Positions 1 to 10,256 are shown, numbered from the stretch's first letter. The stretch: DNA of 64,000 nucleotides from Thermoplasmata archaeon (GCA_020696365.1 JAEHCM010000006.1:19484-83483); one strand, 5' to 3'. Translations and numbers: made by a program. Notes: generated by a model from the letters alone, not told the origin.

Positions 1-1
1 T

Positions 2-586
2 CAGCTCAAGCTGAACAAGGTTGCTCCGAGAGCAATCATAAACCAGTCGGCAGAGCCCATAGTCGCCACGGGCGCCATCATGTCGGAGATCCCGATGGTG
101 GACAATATCGACATATCGCTTATCGCCACAGGTGACAGGGTTGCGGTCAACGCTGCCGACGGGACCGTCGAATTGCGCGACGTGACAGAACGACATGTCG
201 TGACCAGCATACTCCGGAACAGGGGCAGGATACTGATACTCAAGCGAAGCGACAAGGTGGGATCATATCGAGGCTCCTGGGCGGGCGTGTCGGGCTTCGT
301 CGAGAAAGCCGAGACCTACGAGGAGGCGGCGAGGAGAGAGATTGTCGAGGAGACCGGCCTTGGGAAGGTTCGTTTTTCGAAAATGATCCCCTCAAGGAGC
401 TTCAGAGACGACGACAGCGTCTGGACGATCCATCCTTTCCTGTTCGATGTCAGCTCCCGAGAAGTGGACATCGACTGGGAACACGACGCGTATGCATGGA
501 TCGTGCCGGACGAATTAGAGGAGTATCCTTCGGTGCCTGGACTTCACGCGGTGATCAAGAATCTACTGGAGCCGACTAACCTGTGA
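2..586 (+). CDS. 5'-truncated fusion: DUF126/AcnX swivel domain (phosphomevalonate dehydratase small subunit-like) plus C-terminal NUDIX hydrolase
   Basis: The frame is open from base 2: QLKLNKVAPRAIINQSAEPIVATGAIMSEIPMVD...GDRVAVNAADGTV (DUF126-like C-half), followed by a NUDIX box GFVEKAETYEEAARREIVEETGL. Confidence 0.75.
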   Translation, partial: QLKLNKVAPRAIINQSAEPIVATGAIMSEIPMVDNIDISLIATGDRVAVNAADGTVELRDVTERHVVTSILRNRGRILILKRSDKVGSYRGSWAGVSGFVEKAETYEEAARREIVEETGLGKVRFSKMIPSRSFRDDDSVWTIHPFLFDVSSREVDIDWEHDAYAWIVPDELEEYPSVPGLHAVIKNLLEPTNL

Positions 587-3500
587 AGGTATGGTCGACC
601 TCCCTCTCGAGGAGGTTGAGCTGGTGACTCTCGAGGGTCGACCGATTGACTGCTATCAGCAGGATAGACTGGTTAATCGCAACCTGGTCCCTAAGCGACT
701 GTATCAGCCTCAGCACGGAGATGAAGTTGTTGTTGGTTATGAGGTACTCAAGCCCGTCCAGCAGGACGATGCCGCCATCGGGCTGGGATAGGAACTGCTC
801 CAGCGACAGGCTCAACTTCTCCAGGTCCTTCGGACGTATCGCGTTGTCTCTGCCAACGTTCGACAGCCACACGATAGGGACATCCTTCAGGTTGAACTTG
901 GAGCGTATCTTCGCAGGGTAGTTCCTCGTTATGCAGTAACCCTTAATGCCCTTCTCCAGCGTGCTTGTGAACAGATTGTAGGAGGTCTCCGGCTTATCCT
1001 CCTCGACCAGGTAGGAGAACGACCGCTCGAGTTCCCTCACAGGCGTCTCTGGAGGCTCAGGGGCTGCATCTTTCAGCGGTCTCTGAAGGGATTCGTTCGT
1101 GGAGGGTTCCTTGGGCTCACGGTGCGTGGATGCTGACGGAGAAGCTACCTGCTGGGCGGCAGACGGCGCAGTCTGAGGCGGTGCGGGTGCGGGCTCTCCC
1201 TTGTTGAAATGGTCGTAGACTCGCTTCGCATCAAGCTTCGTGATTCCCTCCACGAGGGCAAAGTCCTCCTGAATGGCAGCCTCAAGCGACTCGATCGAGT
1301 TATAGCCCGAGTCGAACAGATTGATAGCTTTGTCCATCGTGATGCCCGGAACAGACGTCAGCACGTCGAGGTTCTCCTTCATCTTCATCGATGTGATGCC
1401 GACCAGGAAGCTCTCACCAGCAACGTTCCATTCGACTATGTACTCCCCTCTCGGGCTCTCGGCGACCTCGAGCCGTCTCGCCCGGGTCTCCCGGGATATG
1501 TGTTCCCGCCACGTGTCGATCGCGCTCCCGAGCTTCCTCGAGCACTCAATCTCAATGCGTATGAATTCTTCGACCTGGAGGCTCATGTCCTTGCGCATCT
1601 GTTGTATACGCCGTATGACCTCGCGGGCGAAGCCCTCGGCCTCCAGGGCCGGAGTCGCCTCCAGGTCCAGGTACACGATGCCTTCGCTGAACTCGGCGCT
1701 GATGACATCAGGCGGGAGGGTCGACGTGAAGGAGACCATGTTCGGCAGGATCTTCACCAACTGCCCCTCGATTCCGAGCGAATACTCACCCTTGTCGATC
1801 CCCCCCTTGATGGCCTTGGCAGGCCTGTTCTTAAGAAGGACCGCTATCTTGCTAGACCACTGGCGGTAAACCTTGCCGATGGCATTTGGGTTGGGGACCA
1901 CACTCAGGATCATCTCGTCCCATTCCTCGCCGGCCGGCACCATCTGGATGCTTTTCAAGTTGTTCTGGGACATCAAAGGCTCCTTCAACTGGACAAGGGC
2001 GTCGGCTACTTCGTCCGAACGAGGCCTGATGATAATCCTCCTGAGGGGCCATCTGAGGTTGATGTTCGATTCCTGTCTGATTCTCGCGACGACCTCGGAT
2101 ATCTCCCGAACGACGTCCATCCCCTTGTCCAGGTCTTCGTCGACCCATTTTTGGTTATAGGTCGGCCACTCGACCATGTGGACGCTCTCCTCGCGTCTAT
2201 CCAGGTTGAGATGCATGGCTTCCGATATATGCGGCGTGATAGGCGCAAGCAGGGAGGAGCAGGTCGATAAGGCCTCGTGCAGCACCTTGAAGGCGACGTT
2301 CTTATCGACATCGTCCCCCTCCTTCCACAGCCGGTCCCTCACGAGTTTCACATACCACCGCGAGAGGTCGTCCACGACGAGCGAGTCTATCGCCCTGATG
2401 GCCTTGTGGAGCTCATAGACCTCCATGGCCTCTGTGACGTCTCTCTTAAGCGCCTCGAGCTTCGAGATCATCCAGAGGTCCTCCGCTCTCATAGAATCCC
2501 TTATCTGTTCGACCTTCCTGGCCATTGGGTTGAACTTGTCTATCGACATGTACAGGGCTGCGAACTTGTAGACGTTCCACAGGATGTTCAAGGTCCTGTT
2601 CGCGGCCTTGACCCCCTCTTGCTGGAACTGCACATCCTCCCAGGGGGCGTTGGCCTTCAGAAGATAGAATCTCAGAGAATCCGCCCCGAGTGTGTTGATG
2701 ATACCCACAGGGTCGACAACCTTGCCCTCGCTCTTGGACATCGCCTCCCCCTGGGACGTCAGAGCCCACCCGTGCATCAGGACTGAGTTGTAGGGGGATT
2801 TTCCAAAGGCGAGCGTTCCTGTCACCAGCTGGGAGTAGAACCACCCTCGGGTCTGGTCGTGCCCCTCGGTGATCCATTCGCTCGGCCACCATTTGTCGAA
2901 GTCGTCCTTGACAGCAGGATAGCCAAGAGACGCCCATGAGGACACGCCGGCGTCGAACCAGACATCGAGGACATCAGGAACCCGCATCATGGTCTGCTGA
3001 CACTTCTCGCACTTGAATGTGAGCTTGTCTATCCATGGCCTGTGGACATCCATCCCCTCGGTGTATCCGTCCGCTTCGCGCAGCTCATCTATTGAGGATA
3101 CGACCCGCATGTTGCCGCACGCGCATGTCCAGATGGGGATAGGCGTCCCCCAGAACCTCTGCCTGCTTATGCACCAGTCCCGCGCGTTCACTATCCAATC
3201 GTTCTGACGGCCAGTGCCTGCCCAACCAGGGTACCACTTCACCTTGTTGTTGGCGCTCACCAGATCATCCTTGAACTCAGTAACCTTAAGGAACCACTGG
3301 TCTGTGATCCGGTAGATGATCGGTCTCTTGCACCGCCAACAGTGGCCGTATCTGTGTGTGATCAATCCCTGGTGGAACATGGCGCCATTCTCAACGAGAT
3401 CGCTCATTACGACATCGTTCGCTTCCTTGACGTTCCTTCCCGCCAGATGCTCGCCCACCTCATCGGTGTAATTGCCATCCTCGCCCACAGGGGAGAATGG

Positions 3501-4538
3501 TTCAATGCCGAACTCGACTCCCAGCTCGAAGTCCTCTGGACCGTGTCCAGGTGCGATATGTACAATCCCGGTGCTCTCCATCGTCACGGTCTCCAGAGGG
3601 ACTACCGCATGGACCCATTCACCGGCTACACTCTGCTGGTAAGGAACCAGATCGCTCAATGGATGGCTGTAATGCAGTCCCACCAGCTCGGCCCCCTTCA
3701 CGGTCTCGAGCACTTTCACGTCATCGATCTTGGCAAGGTCCTTCAGCTCATCGACCTTCTCCTCGAGGATGACCAGCGTCTCCTCGGTGGTGCCCCTCCT
3801 GACACGGATGCGTGCGTATGTGAAGTCCGGGTGAACTGCCGAGGCGAGGTTCCCTGGGATCGTCCAGGGCGTGGTCGTCCAGACCAGGAGGTACTCACCA
3901 GGTCGCTCGACGAGGGGGAATTTGACGTATATGGATGGGTCCGTTTCATCCCAGTACTCGATCTCCGCCTCTGCAAGGGCCGTCTCGCATCTCGGACACC
4001 AAGGAAGCACCCTTAGGTCGACGGTAAGCAAGCCCTTATCATGCGCTTGGCGAAGGGTCCACCAGACGGATCCGATGTATGACTGGTCGACGGTCGTGTA
4101 GGGTCGGTCCCAGTCCATCCATATCCCGAGCAGCCTGAACTCCTCCGTCATCTTGGACTGGAACTTCAAGGCGAACTCGCGACACGTCTCTATGAACTTC
4201 TCCATGCCCTGCTCTTCGATCTCCTTCTTGGATTTGATGTTCAATGCTTGCTCTACCTTGACCTCGATGGGGAGTCCGTGCATGTCGTAGCCCGGCTGAT
4301 CGCGGACGTTCAGGCCCTGCATCCTCCTGAAACGGATGACAGTGTCCTTCAGGACCTTGTTCCGTGCGGTCCCAATGTGGATGGAGCCCGTGGTGTACGG
4401 CGGCCCGTCTAGTATGTAATAGGCCTTCCCAGATTCCGAAGCATTCTTGACCTTATCGTAGGTCCGAGTGCGGTCCCACATCGCCCGAATATCTTTCTCT
4501 AACTGGACGGGGGAATAGTTCTCGTCCACTTGACGCAT
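576..4538 (-). CDS. ileS: Isoleucine-tRNA ligase with C-terminal helix-hairpin-helix and DUF835 extension
   Basis: GPPYTTGSIHIG (HIGH), DWCISRQRFWG, MSKS (KMSKS-like); about 270 extra C-terminal residues; start set at ATG 4538. Confidence 0.95.
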   Translation of the reverse strand: MRQVDENYSPVQLEKDIRAMWDRTRTYDKVKNASESGKAYYILDGPPYTTGSIHIGTARNKVLKDTVIRFRRMQGLNVRDQPGYDMHGLPIEVKVEQALNIKSKKEIEEQGMEKFIETCREFALKFQSKMTEEFRLLGIWMDWDRPYTTVDQSYIGSVWWTLRQAHDKGLLTVDLRVLPWCPRCETALAEAEIEYWDETDPSIYVKFPLVERPGEYLLVWTTTPWTIPGNLASAVHPDFTYARIRVRRGTTEETLVILEEKVDELKDLAKIDDVKVLETVKGAELVGLHYSHPLSDLVPYQQSVAGEWVHAVVPLETVTMESTGIVHIAPGHGPEDFELGVEFGIEPFSPVGEDGNYTDEVGEHLAGRNVKEANDVVMSDLVENGAMFHQGLITHRYGHCWRCKRPIIYRITDQWFLKVTEFKDDLVSANNKVKWYPGWAGTGRQNDWIVNARDWCISRQRFWGTPIPIWTCACGNMRVVSSIDELREADGYTEGMDVHRPWIDKLTFKCEKCQQTMMRVPDVLDVWFDAGVSSWASLGYPAVKDDFDKWWPSEWITEGHDQTRGWFYSQLVTGTLAFGKSPYNSVLMHGWALTSQGEAMSKSEGKVVDPVGIINTLGADSLRFYLLKANAPWEDVQFQQEGVKAANRTLNILWNVYKFAALYMSIDKFNPMARKVEQIRDSMRAEDLWMISKLEALKRDVTEAMEVYELHKAIRAIDSLVVDDLSRWYVKLVRDRLWKEGDDVDKNVAFKVLHEALSTCSSLLAPITPHISEAMHLNLDRREESVHMVEWPTYNQKWVDEDLDKGMDVVREISEVVARIRQESNINLRWPLRRIIIRPRSDEVADALVQLKEPLMSQNNLKSIQMVPAGEEWDEMILSVVPNPNAIGKVYRQWSSKIAVLLKNRPAKAIKGGIDKGEYSLGIEGQLVKILPNMVSFTSTLPPDVISAEFSEGIVYLDLEATPALEAEGFAREVIRRIQQMRKDMSLQVEEFIRIEIECSRKLGSAIDTWREHISRETRARRLEVAESPRGEYIVEWNVAGESFLVGITSMKMKENLDVLTSVPGITMDKAINLFDSGYNSIESLEAAIQEDFALVEGITKLDAKRVYDHFNKGEPAPAPPQTAPSAAQQVASPSASTHREPKEPSTNESLQRPLKDAAPEPPETPVRELERSFSYLVEEDKPETSYNLFTSTLEKGIKGYCITRNYPAKIRSKFNLKDVPIVWLSNVGRDNAIRPKDLEKLSLSLEQFLSQPDGGIVLLDGLEYLITNNNFISVLRLIQSLRDQVAINQSILLIAVNRSTLESHQLNLLEREVDHTFTG

Positions 4539-4637
4539 AATTAATCTTCCGTAGACCATATTGATGGCAGGTATTTTAAAGATAGTGCGACGGCAATCAG
4601 GGCAGGAAAATCCTCCATGCGCCCCTCCGGAGGACTG

Positions 4638-5657
4638 TCAGCCCCACACATCGAGGCAACTCTGAGCTCTGGCGGCATTCGTTGTTCTCACCCTTAAGAG
4701 GGTCGAATCGATCCTATCGACAGAGAATCCGTGTTGGTCGCACATCAGCTTCCTTACACCTTCCGCATCAACCGGTTTCCAGTCGAGCCGGTAATCGTTG
4801 TCCACCTCCGGGTCTAGGAATATCCTCCTTACTTCCTCGAAGTCCGGAGGCACTCCAGTTGTGGACCTCTCCGACATCGCTTCCAGGGAAGAATGCTCGC
4901 GTATAAGCTTGAGCGCCTTCTTCGGCCCGATTCCACGGACGCCCTCGTTGAAGTCAGTGCCGACCAGGATGCTGAGGTCTACCAGTTGCTCTCTCGTGAT
5001 CGAGAGAACTTCGAGCACGTGCTCCAGCTCGACAAGCTCAGGCGTTACCGGGGTTGAACCACCAGAAGAGGTCTTCCTTCTCTTCGAGAGCGTTAGGTTC
5101 CTCACTAGGAGCGGGGTTCCGAAGAGGATAGCGTCGAAATCCTGGGAGGCGCCTGCCCAGACATCCCCTTTCCTTGCCATATGTGCCATCTGCGCCTCCC
5201 CCTCCGTGGGTGATACGACCCAGGGGATTCCCATCGACTCGAGCAGCCTCTTTGCCTCGTCGACCATCCCCCCGTCCAACCTCGATGACTGGGACGCCTT
5301 CGTCAGCGCACGCTTCATGTCGCCTGCTCTAAGGGCATCGCTCCACTCCCGTTCGGCTGTCTTCCTCGCTTGCCTTCTGCTCTCAATGGTGCGCGACTTC
5401 AGCTCAGGGGGACGGCCGTCGAACACGAAGACTGGCTTCACTCCGATATCCAGGAGAGCTACCGATCTGTAGAAAAGCCCGGACAGGTGAGATGTCACAC
5501 GGCCATCACGGTCCTTGAGCGGGGTTCCGTCCGGCTGACGGATCGTCGTCAGGAACTGATAAAGCGTGTTGAAGGCGTCGATCGCCACGGCTTTGCCTGA
5601 AAGATCGCCCAAAGATATGGCCCGCCCACCGACCAGACTCGATATGTCGACGCCCAT
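4638..5657 (-). CDS. fen: Flap endonuclease 1
   Basis: MGVDI, AIDAFNTLYQF, EGEAQ, SQDFDAILFG, GTDFNEGVRGIGPKKA, C-terminal PIP-like QSCLDVW. Confidence 0.95.
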   Translation of the reverse strand: MGVDISSLVGGRAISLGDLSGKAVAIDAFNTLYQFLTTIRQPDGTPLKDRDGRVTSHLSGLFYRSVALLDIGVKPVFVFDGRPPELKSRTIESRRQARKTAEREWSDALRAGDMKRALTKASQSSRLDGGMVDEAKRLLESMGIPWVVSPTEGEAQMAHMARKGDVWAGASQDFDAILFGTPLLVRNLTLSKRRKTSSGGSTPVTPELVELEHVLEVLSITREQLVDLSILVGTDFNEGVRGIGPKKALKLIREHSSLEAMSERSTTGVPPDFEEVRRIFLDPEVDNDYRLDWKPVDAEGVRKLMCDQHGFSVDRIDSTLLRVRTTNAARAQSCLDVWG

Positions 5658-5717
5658 TGCAGACCTGCAAGAGGCTTTCTCATTAGATATTTCATTCGGA
5701 GAAACGCGAGGAACGAC

Positions 5718-5903
5718 CTAGGACTGCCTATCTTCCGTCTCGATGGGCAGATAAAGCACAAAGAACGCCACCCCAAGCCACACCCCGCAGAGAATGAGGA
5801 GGAATACGTTGGCTCTGAATATCACTCCGACGACGAACAATACGACTGGCAGGACGAAAGTCACATAGAACGTCAGCGGGTGTTCGCGCAAATCGAAAGT
5901 CAT
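5718..5903 (-). CDS. Small two-TM membrane protein, hypothetical
   Basis: 61 aa with two hydrophobic stretches; fills the gap between rpe and fen on the same strand. Confidence 0.55.
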   Translation of the reverse strand: MTFDLREHPLTFYVTFVLPVVLFVVGVIFRANVFLLILCGVWLGVAFFVLYLPIETEDRQS

Positions 5904-5934
5904 AGACCTCAGCCCTTGAAAACGACTTCTGATA

Positions 5935-6603
5935 TTAATCCTTTGACCCTGGCCGACCGTCCTTCAGCATTCTGATCGCGTCAGCCGGCCTCGGAGACTT
6001 GAACAGGTATGTACCCGCAGCCAGGATGTCCGCACCAGCCTCTGCCGCCAGAGCCCCGGTTTCCGCGTTGATGCCACCGTCGACCTCGATGGAAACGGAC
6101 AATCCCCTCCTAGATAGCTCCTGCCTCGCCGCAGGTATCTTGGCCAGCACTTCAGGTATGAAAGACTGCCCCCCAAAACCAGGATTCACCGACATGACAA
6201 GCAGAAGGTCGATGTCCTCGAGGTACTCGAACGATTCTTCGATCGCCGTTGGCGGATTGACCGCCAGGCCGGCCTTGCAGCCACAGTCTCTTATCATGCC
6301 CAGTGTTTCTCGGATATCCTTCTGCTCCGCCTCCAGGTGGATCTCGATTACATCTGAACCGCTCTTGGCGAAGCTATCGATGTGGTTTTCCGGATGCGTT
6401 ATCATGAGGTGCGATATGAAAGGTAGAGTGGAGCACGAGCGCAGGTCCCTGACCACCTGCGGCCCGATGGTGATGTTCGGAACGAACACTCCGTCCATGA
6501 CGTCGATATGTATGTAATCCGCGCCTGCCTCGCTGATCCTCCGGACATCGTCTCCCAGCCTTGAGAAGTCCGCAGCGAGTATCGAAGGGGCAACTTTTGG
6601 CAT
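5935..6603 (-). CDS. rpe: Ribulose-phosphate 3-epimerase
   Basis: APSILAADF, HIDVMDGVFVPN, MSVNPGFGGQ, VDGGIN. Confidence 0.95.
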   Translation of the reverse strand: MPKVAPSILAADFSRLGDDVRRISEAGADYIHIDVMDGVFVPNITIGPQVVRDLRSCSTLPFISHLMITHPENHIDSFAKSGSDVIEIHLEAEQKDIRETLGMIRDCGCKAGLAVNPPTAIEESFEYLEDIDLLLVMSVNPGFGGQSFIPEVLAKIPAARQELSRRGLSVSIEVDGGINAETGALAAEAGADILAAGTYLFKSPRPADAIRMLKDGRPGSKD

Positions 6604-6703
6604 GCAGACAAGGAACGGGCAGGTTGCATATTATGGCTTCTGGTGAGGCCATCGGTCCCGCGAGCAAATGATTTTAACCAGGAAACATGGTTATGCCGGT
6701 CTG

Positions 6704-6922
6704 ATGCCTGACCAAAGGCGCTCGGATCCGAAAGTGAGGCCGTGTGACATTTCTGGCTGTGAGAAGACTGCGGAGAGAGCGGTGAGCGGGAAGAAGGTCG
6801 AAAAGGCAGGGTTGGACCTGTCCTCTGACCCGACCAAGACCGCTCATCTGTGCAAGGACCATTACCGCAGCTTCAAGAAGAAGACCAAGAAGGACCGCGT
6901 TCTCGAACGGCTGGATTGGTGA
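6704..6922 (+). CDS. Small basic putative zinc-binding protein
   Basis: CDISGC...HLCKDHY and a Lys-rich C-terminus; ATG at 6704. Confidence 0.6.
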   Translation: MPDQRRSDPKVRPCDISGCEKTAERAVSGKKVEKAGLDLSSDPTKTAHLCKDHYRSFKKKTKKDRVLERLDW

Positions 6923-6990
6923 GTCCTGAACAGTACCCCGCTTCAGGTTCATTGGAAAACAAGGATATACGAGGCCATGATACGAGTGCG

Positions 6991-8112
6991 ATGCGGCCAG
7001 ACGCGATACAGCTTCTATCGAGCACAGGCTCGTTCGGGCCAGTAATACTCGTGCCCATTATCCTCGCGGACCACTTCGAGGCTTCGAAGTGGATGATCGG
7101 GGTCGTTGTGGCGGCGTTTGCAGCCGCCTCCTTCCTCTCCAGCTACTTCTCTGGCCGGGCTGCGGACCTACATGGTCGGCGTACCATCCTCCTCATAGGG
7201 CTCTTCCTGAGCGGCGCCGTCACAGCCCTTCATGCGGTCACTCTGTGGAGCGATTCGTTTGTGCTGTTCGTGTCCGTGAGGGTGGCGCTCGGCCTTTGCG
7301 CAGGTATGTTCCCCGCGGCCTTGCTAGCGTATGCTTACGAGATGAAGACGAAGATGGGGAAATTTAGCTCCTGGGGTGCGGCCGGGTGGGGACTGGGCAG
7401 CCTATGCGTGGGGCTCTTCGGCACCTTGTACGAGTGGGCGTTCCTAACTTGCGCCGCCATCATCTTCGCCTCTTTCGCGATGGCCCTCATGCTCCCGTTC
7501 CCCAAGGAGAAGAGGCTCTATGTGCCGCTACTCCCCCTGAGGCTGATAAAGAGGAACGCGCCAGTCTTCACTTCGATGATGGTTAGGCATACTGGAGCGA
7601 ACATGATCTGGGTCACCTATCCGCTCTTCCTCATCTCGATCGGCGCCGATGAGCTCCTAATCGGGTTGGTCTACGCAGTGAATGCATTCAGCCAGTTCCT
7701 GATAATGAACATCATAGACAGGTTCGACCCCATCACCCTTGTTGCATTCGGGGTCGGGGCGTCATCGATCACATTCTTCCTGTTCGCGCTTGCAGGTTCG
7801 TACTGGGAGATTGTTCCGATGCAGGTACTACTGGCGAGTTCCTGGGCATGCCTGTATGTGGGAAGTCTCAGATATGTGATGGACAAGAACGAAGAGAAGG
7901 CGACCGTCACAGGGCTGCTGTCGAGCAGTATAAGCATGTCAGGCATACTGGGTCCCCTACTCGGTGGATTCGCCGCGGCCGCCCTCGGATTCAGAGGCGT
8001 GATGTTCATCGCCTCCGCAATGGCGCTTGCCGCCTTCGTGATCTTCATAATCGAGCTGAGATTGTCGGGAGAGCTTTATCATATTCGAGGGTTCTCAAGG
8101 GCACCAAGATGA
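6991..8112 (+). CDS. MFS transporter
   Basis: About 12 hydrophobic segments; motif A-like GRAADLHGRR. Confidence 0.85.
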   Translation: MRPDAIQLLSSTGSFGPVILVPIILADHFEASKWMIGVVVAAFAAASFLSSYFSGRAADLHGRRTILLIGLFLSGAVTALHAVTLWSDSFVLFVSVRVALGLCAGMFPAALLAYAYEMKTKMGKFSSWGAAGWGLGSLCVGLFGTLYEWAFLTCAAIIFASFAMALMLPFPKEKRLYVPLLPLRLIKRNAPVFTSMMVRHTGANMIWVTYPLFLISIGADELLIGLVYAVNAFSQFLIMNIIDRFDPITLVAFGVGASSITFFLFALAGSYWEIVPMQVLLASSWACLYVGSLRYVMDKNEEKATVTGLLSSSISMSGILGPLLGGFAAAALGFRGVMFIASAMALAAFVIFIIELRLSGELYHIRGFSRAPR

Positions 8113-9047
8113 AGATAATCTTCCTAGGAACCGGTGGGACATATCCCTCGAAGGAGCGGAACGTCTCGTCGGTCGCTGTACAAATCGGGCGAGACGTGGT
8201 CATGTTCGACTGTGGTGAAGGGACCCAGAGACAGCTTATGCACTCGTCGGTGTCGTTCATGCGTATGAAGGCTATAATGGTGACTCATCTGCATGCGGAT
8301 CACTTCCTCGGCATCCCCGGGCTTGTCCAGAGCATGAGTCTGAACGGCAGAGAGGAACCTCTCAAGATATTCGGCCCGCTAGGGACGAGCGAGGCTGTGA
8401 AGAGCATGCTCACCCTCGGCTACTTCAAGAGTCAGTTCGATGTGCAACCGGTGGATCTCGACCCCGGAGAAACGGTCGAGTTCGAAACGTTCCATGTCAA
8501 AGCATCGGAGGCGTCGCACACAGTCCCAGCCCTGATCTATGCCCTTGAGGAGCATCCGAGGCCCGGCAAGTTTGATCTCGGAAAGGCGACCGAACTCGGT
8601 GTTCCGTCTGGGCCCTTATTCAGATCGCTCCAGGAAGGGAACGCAGTCCAGACGGACAGGGGTTTGGTCGCTCCTTCGCAGGTGATAGGAGAGAAGAGGC
8701 GGGGGAGGAAGGTCGTTTACACCGGGGACACGCGTCCTTGCGAAGGCGTGCGCGCTCTTGCGACCGATGCAGATGTCCTGATCCACGACTGCACCTTCGG
8801 GTCAGAACATTCCACGACCGCGTCTGAGTTCGGCCATTCCACAGCAAAGCAGGCAGCTGAGACAGCGAAGGCCGCGAAAGTACATAGGCTGTTCCTCATC
8901 CACTTCAGCCCGAGATACGACGACCTCGGCACGCTCGAGACGGAGGCGAGAGAAATCTTTCCGAACACGACGGCCGCGAGAGATCTAGAAGTTGTCGAAG
9001 TACCCTACCGAAATGGAAGTGACCGGGAATACGGGTCGGGAGAATGA
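8109..9047 (+). CDS. rnz: Ribonuclease Z
   Basis: FLGTGG, DCGEGTQ, THLHADH, YTGDT, HFSPRY; ATGA overlap with the MFS stop. Confidence 0.93.
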   Translation: MKIIFLGTGGTYPSKERNVSSVAVQIGRDVVMFDCGEGTQRQLMHSSVSFMRMKAIMVTHLHADHFLGIPGLVQSMSLNGREEPLKIFGPLGTSEAVKSMLTLGYFKSQFDVQPVDLDPGETVEFETFHVKASEASHTVPALIYALEEHPRPGKFDLGKATELGVPSGPLFRSLQEGNAVQTDRGLVAPSQVIGEKRRGRKVVYTGDTRPCEGVRALATDADVLIHDCTFGSEHSTTASEFGHSTAKQAAETAKAAKVHRLFLIHFSPRYDDLGTLETEAREIFPNTTAARDLEVVEVPYRNGSDREYGSGE

Positions 9048-9291
9048 GGGTATTTCTGACCGGGCAACCAATAACGTGGTGACTGGATGGGGCAGTTGAA
9101 TGAGATTCGTCGACGCTCTGAGACAGCCGACATTCGTTATTGACAGGCGATGTGGTTTTTCAGATACTGTTTTATAGCATATTTCGATTCCTGGTATGTC
9201 CAGGTTGACGACAGATGCGATTCATCGAACGCACGCTCGTTGGCCTGGGCTGCCGAAGCGACAACAGTTGTTGTTGAGGGGGAATTGAACC

Positions 9292-10251
9292 ATGGCCTTA
9301 CTAGAAGTCGAGGGGCTGAGAACTTATTTCAAAACTCAAGAGGGAACGCTGAAAGCTGTCGACGGAGTCGATTTCATCCTGGAGAAGGGTCATGCCATGG
9401 GTCTTGCTGGCGAATCCGGTTGTGGGAAGACGACTGCCGCTTTGTCTATCATGAAGCTCCTGCCAGCAAACGGTTACATAGCCGGAGGCAAGATAAACTT
9501 CATGGGCCAGGACATGGCCAGAGTGACCGGCGAGAAACTCCGTGCGATAAGGTGGCGTGACATCTCGATCGTGTTCCAAGGTGCGATGAACGCCTTGAAC
9601 CCCGTCAAGCGGGTCGGAGAGCAGATCGCCGAGCCGATTCTTCTGCATGAAGATGTCGACAAGGAAGTTGCAAATAAGCGTGTGAAGGAGCTTTTCGAGC
9701 TCGTCGGCCTCAACCCCACCAGAGTCAGAGAGTATCCCCACGAGTTCAGTGGAGGCATGAGACAGAGAGTCATGATTGCGATGGCCCTCGCGTGCAAGCC
9801 GAGGCTCGTCATCGCCGACGAACCGACAACCGCGTTGGACGTCATGATTCAGGCTCAGATTCTTGATCTGATGAAGACGCTCCAGAGGGAGCTCGAGCTC
9901 GCGATGATCATCATATCTCACGACCTTTCGGTTCTTGCAGAGACCTGTGACACCCTGTGCATCATGTACGCAGGCAAGATCGTGGAACGAGCGGACTCGG
10001 TCGAAGTGTTCCGGAACCCGCAACATCCGTACACACAGGGTCTCATCGCGGCCTTCCCAAACGTCAAGGGTGAGAGGGTGATGCCAGGGGCCATAGCTGG
10101 CAATCCGCCCAACCTGATAGAACCTCAACCGGGTTGCAGGTTCGCCAAGAGATGTTCGTTCACGAAGGATATCTGTCTCAATCAGGAGCCGCCACTGGTC
10201 GAGGTGCTGCCGAACCACTATGCGGCATGTCACTTAGTCGAACCGAGGTGA
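9292..10251 (+). CDS. Oligopeptide/dipeptide ABC transporter ATP-binding protein (DppD/OppD family)
   Basis: [35 protein letters not shown]-terminal Cys cluster. Confidence 0.92.
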   Translation: MALLEVEGLRTYFKTQEGTLKAVDGVDFILEKGHAMGLAGESGCGKTTAALSIMKLLPANGYIAGGKINFMGQDMARVTGEKLRAIRWRDISIVFQGAMNALNPVKRVGEQIAEPILLHEDVDKEVANKRVKELFELVGLNPTRVREYPHEFSGGMRQRVMIAMALACKPRLVIADEPTTALDVMIQAQILDLMKTLQRELELAMIIISHDLSVLAETCDTLCIMYAGKIVERADSVEVFRNPQHPYTQGLIAAFPNVKGERVMPGAIAGNPPNLIEPQPGCRFAKRCSFTKDICLNQEPPLVEVLPNHYAACHLVEPR

Positions 10252-10256
10252 TCAAG

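Noticed and set aside
1209-2270. Long antisense and alternate-frame ORFs here and across the window (for example 9301-10233, 16368-17381, 57487-58569)
   Set aside because: They shadow well-supported genes, as expected in GC-rich DNA, and show no recognisable motifs.
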